A DNA stretch of 33,937 bases from an uncultured Myxococcales bacterium (lineage in GTDB: Bacteria > Myxococcota > UBA4151): NCBI GenBank assembly GCA_964013405.1, contig CAXGWI010000025.1, positions 1 through 33,937 on the forward strand, written 5' to 3'. A model generated the notes under the pieces. That model searched no databases and was not told where the DNA came from. It saw only the letters and a program-made list of their open reading frames with translations. Position 1 is the first letter of the stretch; the number at the start of each line of letters is the position of its first letter. This document shows positions 28,489 to 33,937 of this stretch, one piece after another. Both the position numbers and the translations under genes were made by a program.

Positions 28489-30132
28489 ATGACTAACGCG
28501 TTTCTTTTCGTGAGCCTTCTCCTGAGCCCCCCCAGCCAAAGCAGCGCAAAGGTGATGGTGCAGCAGGGGGCGACCATCGTTGTCGAAGGTGACGGCGTTG
28601 TCCAATGGCGAATCGGTCTGCCGGTGATTGTCTTTCAACTGGGGGCGGCTACAGCACCTCCCCTGCCACTGGCCGAGGGCCGGGTTCAGGGCATAAGCGG
28701 TCGCAAAGCAGCGATTCGTCTCATCGGTGAAGTGGAAGGGATGAACCTACGCAATCAATGGGTCGCACCCCGCTACATGGTGGAAGCGGAACTCTTCACC
28801 GGCGAGGCCCCAAAGCATCCAGGGCCAGGTGACCAAGCAGACCCTACCGAAGCGACGCAACCGAAACCTCAGGCCTATCACCGCCCGCCAAAGCAGATCC
28901 GTTGGGGGCAGCCCCTCTGGCTTGAGATCACCAGTGATTTCGATTTGAGCGCCGTCAATGCTCACGTTCGCATGGGCCCGGCCGGTGAGTACACGAGCTT
29001 CGCCCTCAAGCCCCGCAAGACGCCGGGCCACTGGTCCGGGTCCAGCCAGTTGGACCTGGGCAAACGAGAGCAGACCTTTGCCCAGTACTTCATCACCGCA
29101 ACCTTCGCCGGCAAAGTCCACAGCGTTGCCGGCAATCCAGCCCACCCGAACAAGGTCGCGGTTGCGAGCGCACCTCGGCGACCCAGCCGGGCGATCATGC
29201 AACACGAGCGCATCAACCGAGCCACCTTTGGCGAGGCGATCGAACTCACCGCCAAAGTGGACCCACGGTTTCAAAAGCCCCAGTTGCACCTACGCATGGC
29301 CGGAGGAGGCACCTTCGACACCCTGGATATGAAACCCTTGGCCCCAGGGATCTTTAATGTCACGGTCCCAGCGGCCAAAATCGTCATGCCCCACTTCCGC
29401 TATTATCTGTCGGCCGAGGACAGCGAAGGTTTGCGGCTACCCGGCTTCGCCAGCGCGGCGAAACCTCACCGAGTGAAAGTAACACGGGGCAAGATCCTCT
29501 CGGCCAACAGCCGCCGCAACCGAATTTCGCTAAGTATGAAGGCTGTCGAAAACGATCCCGTTGACGATCATTATAGCGAACTCAAGATGGGCTATGAACG
29601 GATCTTCTTCCCCTTCCTTCTGGCCCGAGTCGGCTTCTCCAGTGTCACGGGCCGATCGTTACGACTCGACGAAAATGGTGAACTCAAGGGCTCGGACTTG
29701 GAGTTGACCGGGGGCAACGGCGGTATCGTGCTGCAAATCAAACATTACATCAGCCTCTACGGCGACCTTCAAGCCGTCGCCTATCCCGGCGGTTCGGCCT
29801 TCGGTACGAGCTACGGTCTACGCATCGGCGACGATCGGGGGGCAGCCATCGGTTTTGGTTACGGCTCGATGCGGGACGTGGACGACTGGAGCTTCATCGG
29901 CGAGACCGGTGAAGCCTATCTCTCTACCCCCCTGAGCAAGACGCTTCGCCTGACCGGGCGCATCGAGACCGATGACCTCTACCAAGACGCGCAGCGATCT
30001 TTGCGACTACTCATCGAAATCGCCGGCCGAGTTCGGGACCAAGTCGAGTGGAACCTAGAAGCCGGACTCAACACCCGGGACAGCCTCACGACTGGCGGCG
30101 TGGGCCGAGTCCGACTTGGCTGGATTTTCTAG
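28489..30132 (+). CDS. Secreted protein with two Ig-like domains and a probable C-terminal outer-membrane barrel
   Basis: AAGGAG RBS, signal peptide, two similar segments (HRPP..GQPLWLEI..YFITA and HERI..GEAIELTA..YYLSA), Gly/aromatic strands ending RVRLGWIF. Confidence 0.75.
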   Translation: MTNAFLFVSLLLSPPSQSSAKVMVQQGATIVVEGDGVVQWRIGLPVIVFQLGAATAPPLPLAEGRVQGISGRKAAIRLIGEVEGMNLRNQWVAPRYMVEAELFTGEAPKHPGPGDQADPTEATQPKPQAYHRPPKQIRWGQPLWLEITSDFDLSAVNAHVRMGPAGEYTSFALKPRKTPGHWSGSSQLDLGKREQTFAQYFITATFAGKVHSVAGNPAHPNKVAVASAPRRPSRAIMQHERINRATFGEAIELTAKVDPRFQKPQLHLRMAGGGTFDTLDMKPLAPGIFNVTVPAAKIVMPHFRYYLSAEDSEGLRLPGFASAAKPHRVKVTRGKILSANSRRNRISLSMKAVENDPVDDHYSELKMGYERIFFPFLLARVGFSSVTGRSLRLDENGELKGSDLELTGGNGGIVLQIKHYISLYGDLQAVAYPGGSAFGTSYGLRIGDDRGAAIGFGYGSMRDVDDWSFIGETGEAYLSTPLSKTLRLTGRIETDDLYQDAQRSLRLLIEIAGRVRDQVEWNLEAGLNTRDSLTTGGVGRVRLGWIF

Positions 30133-30153
30133 ACGAGGTGCCCCCGTTGCCCC

Positions 30154-30540
30154 CTACTTGAGGGTCATTTTCGTCCAGGCGAAATCACCACAACCTGCGT
30201 TGTCGGGATCGCTATCGTCCACACTCACCTCTTCATTGAGGGCTGCTTCTGCCGTCTCTTTACCGAAGGCGGCGATGCAGTAATAGAAGCTCTCCTCCAC
30301 CGGATCCGTGTAGATAATTTTCGAGTAGGTGCCCGGACTCCACTCGGCATCATCAGGCGTGCGCACGATGACCGTATTGGTGGAAGCGTCCCACTGATCG
30401 ATCGTGTTGGCACCCCAAGCATCCTCAGTGATGGTCTCTTCAGTATCGAAGTTGGTCGACCAGGTCCCCTGCAGGGACTCGTGCTCGGAAGCACAAGCGG
30501 TCAAAAGGGTGAAGGCGAACAGAATTGAAACGATGCGCAT
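30154..30540 (-). CDS. Small acidic lipoprotein of unrecognised family under a cobalamin riboswitch (paralog A)
   Basis: GAGGAGG RBS, lipobox LTAC, core GTWSTNF...GTYSKIIYT...FYYC...GCGDFAWT. Confidence 0.9.
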   Translation of the reverse strand: MRIVSILFAFTLLTACASEHESLQGTWSTNFDTEETITEDAWGANTIDQWDASTNTVIVRTPDDAEWSPGTYSKIIYTDPVEESFYYCIAAFGKETAEAALNEEVSVDDSDPDNAGCGDFAWTKMTLK

Positions 30541-30603
30541 GGGATTCCCTCCTCGAAATCAAAGTCTCGGGGGATCGATGCACAGAGACCACCGCGGCCC
30601 GGC

Positions 30604-30785
30604 ACCACCTCCACCCGAGGCGCTTTTTGCCTACCGCTGCGCACCAGTATCCTGGCTCCCGGTCATCCCCTGCCTGGAACGCCTTCCCAACACGCTATGG
30701 CGTCAGTGGCATCTGTCCCGAGGGTCCCGGTTACAGTTGCGGGGGCAGCGTCGGTGTCACACCGACTTCCTGGCCCGCAGCGGCT
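30604..30785 (-). promoter_or_regulatory. Cobalamin riboswitch, copy 1
   Basis: Minus strand reads AGGAAgtcGGTGtgacaCCgacGCTGCCCCCGCAACTGTAA...GCCACTG...GGGAAGGC...GAGCCAGGATAC. The closing stem is CCGCTGCG/CGCAGCGG. A downstream hairpin CGCCTC-GGGTG-GAGGTG has a loop complementary to TGCCC. Confidence 0.93.
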
Positions 30786-30791
30786 GAGGAG

Positions 30792-30820
30792 CCCTTAAAA
30801 GATCATGCGTTCAGTTGCAA
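30792..30820 (-). promoter_or_regulatory. Putative sigma70-type promoter of riboswitch copy 1
   Basis: TTGCAA-N17-TAAGGG just upstream of the first riboswitch stem. Both boxes are identical in copy 2 while the spacer has three changes. Confidence 0.55.
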
Positions 30821-30828
30821 GCCCGACC

Positions 30829-31350
30829 TCAGTCAGAGACTCGGGTCAAAAGGGTCCAGCCGAAGTCGCCGCAGCCCCGCTCAGCAGGGTTCTCCGCGTT
30901 CGCGATCGCTTCATCATTAAGCGCCTCGCTGGCCGTCTCCCGCCCGAATGCGATCTCGCAAACGTAGAAGCCGTCAACCGTGCGCCCCTCGACAGAGACG
31001 GGAGCTAACTCCGTGTAGACGAGCTTGGAATAGGTCCCCCGATTCCATTCGGCATCTTCGGGCTGCCGGACGACGACGATCCGGTCCGCTGCAAGCCAGG
31101 TATGGATGGACTTCCCATCCCAACGCTCCTGAGTGATCGTCACGGTGGTACCGAAATTTGTGCTCCAATCGCCCAACAGGTTCGTTGGGCCATCCTCCAA
31201 CCGACAATTCCGATCGCAGCCGTCCCCATCTTGCTGGTCGCCGTCGTCACATTCCTCGGTATTGAGCCAGACATCACCATCGCCACAGACGGGATCCCCA
31301 CCACATGCGGTTAGAGATGAGAGAAGAATTAGCCAAAGCCAAAAACGCAT
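30829..31350 (-). CDS. Lipoprotein paralog B under a cobalamin riboswitch, with one DUF4215-type repeat
   Basis: Lipobox LTAC, CGDGDVWLNTEECDDGD...CDRNC, then a core about 50% identical to 30154-30540 by hand alignment. Confidence 0.9.
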   Translation of the reverse strand: MRFWLWLILLSSLTACGGDPVCGDGDVWLNTEECDDGDQQDGDGCDRNCRLEDGPTNLLGDWSTNFGTTVTITQERWDGKSIHTWLAADRIVVVRQPEDAEWNRGTYSKLVYTELAPVSVEGRTVDGFYVCEIAFGRETASEALNDEAIANAENPAERGCGDFGWTLLTRVSD

Positions 31351-31416
31351 CACAAGACCTCACCGGTCGTTTGTCTGAACGGGAGCGGTGCACCCCAAGG
31401 TTCCAAGGAACCAGGC

Positions 31417-31598
31417 ACCGCCTCCACCCGAGACGTGGTTGCCAGACCGCTGCGCACCAGTATCCTGGCTCCCGGTCATCCCCTGTCTGGAAGGCATTCC
31501 CAACACGCCATGGTGTCAGTGCCATCTGCTCCGAGGGTCCCGGTTACAGTTGCGGGGGCAGCGTCGGTCTCACACCGAATTCCTGGCCCGCAGCGGCT
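31417..31598 (-). promoter_or_regulatory. Cobalamin riboswitch, copy 2 (variant core)
   Basis: Same architecture as copy 1 (GCTGCCCCCGCAACTGTAA, GAGCCAGGATAC) but GGCACTG...GGGAATGCC replaces GCCACTG...GGGAAGGCG. Confidence 0.88.
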
Positions 31599-31604
31599 GC
31601 GGAG

Positions 31605-31633
31605 CCCTTAAAAGGCCATGAGTTCAGTTGCAA
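31605..31633 (-). promoter_or_regulatory. Putative sigma70-type promoter of riboswitch copy 2
   Basis: TTGCAA-N17-TAAGGG, conserved with copy 1. Confidence 0.55.
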
Positions 31634-31640
31634 GCCCGGC

Positions 31641-32600
31641 CTAGGGAGCCATGAGCGCGTTCACCGCAGCCACCCAGTTTGCGTGGTTAGACTGGCCGGC
31701 TTCGGCGCATGTGTCGGTGTGGACGTAGGTGAAATCTTGACCATCGAGGACGATGATCAGCGGCAGACCGTAGGTTCCGGCTAAGCAGGCATTGACCCAG
31801 CCCCGATTTTCGCCACGAAAATCGCCGTAGAGAATCTCCTTAAAGCTGACCTCTTGACCATTGGGCGTCCGACCACTGTCCATCAGCGTCCGGGCCGGAT
31901 CTAAGCCTTTCGACCGGGCGTAATTGAGACATTGGGCCTGGGTCGGTGGGACTCGAGCGTTGGTCTCTCCCAGAACATAATAAGCATTGAGGTTCTCCGC
32001 ACCCAAGCGCTGGACGTTGCCTTCGATGTCAGGAAGCGCTTGGTCACAGCCCGGGCACCACTCGGTCGAGAGCACCACCAGTTGGGCTTTCGTCGTGCCG
32101 CAGGATTGGTGGAGACTCACCGTCTCGCCATTGCAATTCGTCAACCGCAGGTCCTTGAGGCGGTCGCCAATGGAGTTCCCCTCCCCATCGGTAAGGCAGC
32201 CGTCGGGACGACCGCTGCCGCCGCCACCGCCACCGCCCTGATCATTCACGCGGCAGGCGTTGCTACAAGCATCATCGTCAACGGTATTGCCGTCGTCACA
32301 GGCCTCGCCGGGATCGAGACGCCCATCGCCGCATCGAGGCCCATCCTCTTCTTCCGTGCACCGGTGATCGCAGCCGTCGCCATCGCGACGGTTACCGTCA
32401 TCGCATTCCTCATCTGGATCCACGTTCCCATCACCACACAGCGGCTCCTCATTTCCCCCCTGGTTGCCACCGCCAGGATCCAACTGCTCGCCGCTATTGG
32501 AATCGGCGGCCCGCTGCCCGATCTGCCCCGTGCCGTCGGAATCATCGGGTATGCAGCCAACCAAAAGGCCAATCAGCGCAAGGTGAACGGAGATTCTCAT
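31641..32600 (-). CDS. Lipoprotein with two DUF4215-type repeats and a thioredoxin-like (TlpA-type) domain
   Basis: Lipobox LVGC, two CGDG...CDDGN units, poly-Gly linker, IGDRLKDLRLTNCNGETVSL, STEWCPGC and GLPLIIVLD. AGGAG RBS. Confidence 0.88.
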   Translation of the reverse strand: MRISVHLALIGLLVGCIPDDSDGTGQIGQRAADSNSGEQLDPGGGNQGGNEEPLCGDGNVDPDEECDDGNRRDGDGCDHRCTEEEDGPRCGDGRLDPGEACDDGNTVDDDACSNACRVNDQGGGGGGGSGRPDGCLTDGEGNSIGDRLKDLRLTNCNGETVSLHQSCGTTKAQLVVLSTEWCPGCDQALPDIEGNVQRLGAENLNAYYVLGETNARVPPTQAQCLNYARSKGLDPARTLMDSGRTPNGQEVSFKEILYGDFRGENRGWVNACLAGTYGLPLIIVLDGQDFTYVHTDTCAEAGQSNHANWVAAVNALMAP

Positions 32601-32685
32601 AGGGGCTCCTGAGCCGCTGGGTGCTCAGTTATGCCACGTTGAGCTTGTCGCCGCACCCCTAAGTTTCCGGATGGTCCCGGCATCA

Positions 32686-33519
32686 TCAGCGGCCGAAAAC
32701 GAAGGCCCAGGCCCGGGTCTCCCGCTCGCCCTCATCCGGGTCGAATCGACCCACGGCCATATTGCCGACAGAATGGCCTTCCGCATTCGCCCCCAGCCCA
32801 AGCCATGAGTCGGGGGTTCGACAATCGGTTTCCTGATTTCCAAGGATCCCAATCCGCAGTCGATTGCCATTGTTGAAGCCCTCTCGGTTGCAGTTCAACT
32901 GAAGGGATCCCGACACCATGAGGTCCTTCCAGGCGGCCCGTCCGGCCTCTGTGCCCTGAAACCGCCCGTAGAAGAAGTACATGCGAAGGGGCTTCTCCTC
33001 CTTCATGTTCAAGTGCAGATACCGGGTCACGTGTTCCGGTTCCTGAAAGCCGATTCGGAACTCGGCAACCGGCATATGAAGGGCCGCTTCGGACTTCATC
33101 TCGACCAACTCAAGGTTCGTCGAGTTGGGGTTGAGGATCTCGCGGTTCGTCCACAGCGGACTCGAATAGGTAAAGGTGTCCTGCGTGCCATCGACCTTGA
33201 GCAAGAGGGTCCAACCCCCGCCCTCGTGGGTCATATCGCAATAGACCCGAAAGGCCTCGCCGTTCCCCTCCGGGTCCACCCAATAGATGCCATCGCCCCG
33301 ACTGTGCCCTTCACCGAGGATGCTCCAACAGGAAAGCCCCGCGCTGTTGCGATCCCGACCATCGCTTGGAAAAAACACCAGCCCAGCATCGCCGTCAAAG
33401 CCTCCTCCATCCACGTTCCCAGCATCGGCGAACCCGGCACCACCATCCACCGCAGATGGATCCACCTGGCCTATGGAACCACAAGCAACAAGGAAGCAAA
33501 GGCATGGTACGAGGCGCAT
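32686..33519 (-). CDS. Lipoprotein with fibrinogen-like VYCDM...GGGW domain
   Basis: Start at MRLVPC with GGAG RBS, lipobox LVAC, DGG/DAG linker, SCWSIL...DGIYWVDP...FRVYCDMTHEGGGWTL. Confidence 0.85.
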   Translation of the reverse strand: MRLVPCLCFLVACGSIGQVDPSAVDGGAGFADAGNVDGGGFDGDAGLVFFPSDGRDRNSAGLSCWSILGEGHSRGDGIYWVDPEGNGEAFRVYCDMTHEGGGWTLLLKVDGTQDTFTYSSPLWTNREILNPNSTNLELVEMKSEAALHMPVAEFRIGFQEPEHVTRYLHLNMKEEKPLRMYFFYGRFQGTEAGRAAWKDLMVSGSLQLNCNREGFNNGNRLRIGILGNQETDCRTPDSWLGLGANAEGHSVGNMAVGRFDPDEGERETRAWAFVFGR

Positions 33520-33803
33520 GAAAGGACTCCGCTGCGTAGACGTATTAGCCCAGAGTCTAGGAAGATCCCAGCGTCGCGCCCTCGAGCGCTCCCCAACGCC
33601 GACAGGAGGGGCAATGGATCCGCTCACCCCCATCCAAATCCCGGTTCCATCGCCAGCGAAAGCCGTCCACCTCAACGGGAAAAACTAGGTGTTCCCGGGA
33701 GCGTCACAGCCAAAGATACGGACAAAGCCCTAGTCACAAGGGCGGTTTGTGCTATGACCCACGCGGAAAAAGACCTCAACAGGCCGAATTGGAAGTCCAG
33801 CCT

Positions 33804-33937
33804 ATGCTCGTTCTCCACACCCTCTGGTCGAGTCGCGATTATCTCGCCCTATGGGTGGAAGATACGGAGCGTCCGGCCGCTGTGCCCGACTCATGGCAGC
33901 CCGGGGTGGTGCATCCTCATCCTCGAGCTGTGCCCCT
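33804..33937 (+). CDS. Partial CDS, possibly the N-terminus of a SNF2-family helicase
   Basis: MLVLHTLWSSRDYLALWVEDT...HPHPRA is open to the window end. It resembles the MxxLHxxW...LWxE...HP start of bacterial SNF2-type helicases, but only 44 codons are visible. Confidence 0.5.
   Translation, partial: MLVLHTLWSSRDYLALWVEDTERPAAVPDSWQPGVVHPHPRAVP

Larger units (their letters stand above)
30601..30829. repeat. 229-bp direct repeat, copy 1 (promoter plus riboswitch)
   Basis: Ungapped hand alignment to 31414-31642 (offset 813 bp) gives 24 mismatches in 229 nt. Confidence 0.95.
31414..31642. repeat. 229-bp direct repeat, copy 2 (promoter plus riboswitch)
   Basis: Matches 30601-30829 at about 90% identity without gaps. 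Confidence 0.95.

Noticed and set aside
28489..30132. Outer-membrane protein as the B12 receptor for the riboswitch lipoproteins
   Set aside because: No plug or TonB-box pattern, the barrel region is too short for 22 strands, and it is convergent and not under the riboswitch.
30601..31642. 229-bp direct repeats as IS, MITE or prophage att sites
   Set aside because: No transposase, integrase or terminal inverted repeats. The repeat is explained by promoter plus riboswitch.
30404..31784. Plus-strand ORFs sharing peptides such as TAAHQYPGSRSSP and YSCGGSVG
   Set aside because: They are antisense translations of the duplicated riboswitch, not a protein family.
33520..33803. Structured RNA in the divergent intergenic gap
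   Set aside because: I found no recognisable tRNA, riboswitch or long stem. It is probably just promoter sequence.

Overview
GC-rich bacterial DNA, most likely from a Myxococcota genome (inferred from Myxococcus Cys-rich DUF4215-type repeats, a MYXO-CTERM-like tail and many lipoproteins). It holds about 30 plausible CDSs and I saw no rRNA, tRNA, CRISPR array or transposase. All family names come from motif recognition by eye, not database searches. Three loci stand out. (1) At 30154-31642, a tandemly duplicated unit of promoter, cobalamin riboswitch and small lipoprotein of a family I do not recognise. The 229-bp leaders are about 90% identical and the proteins about 50%, giving a candidate new B12-regulated surface protein family. 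(2) At 9323-14679, a minus-strand operon encodes DUF4956, a DUF2490 barrel, a double lamin-tail lipoprotein and a lipoprotein dikinase whose His domain precedes its ATP-grasp domain, as in glucan-water dikinases. (3) At 1159-5543, a coupled operon encodes a divergent GrpE, a lid-less Hsp70, a DjlA-like TerB protein whose J-like domain lacks HPD, and an M48 peptidase. The rest is mostly exported proteins, several with animal-like extracellular domains, plus pcm, an SDR, an EEP hydrolase and a BNR protein.
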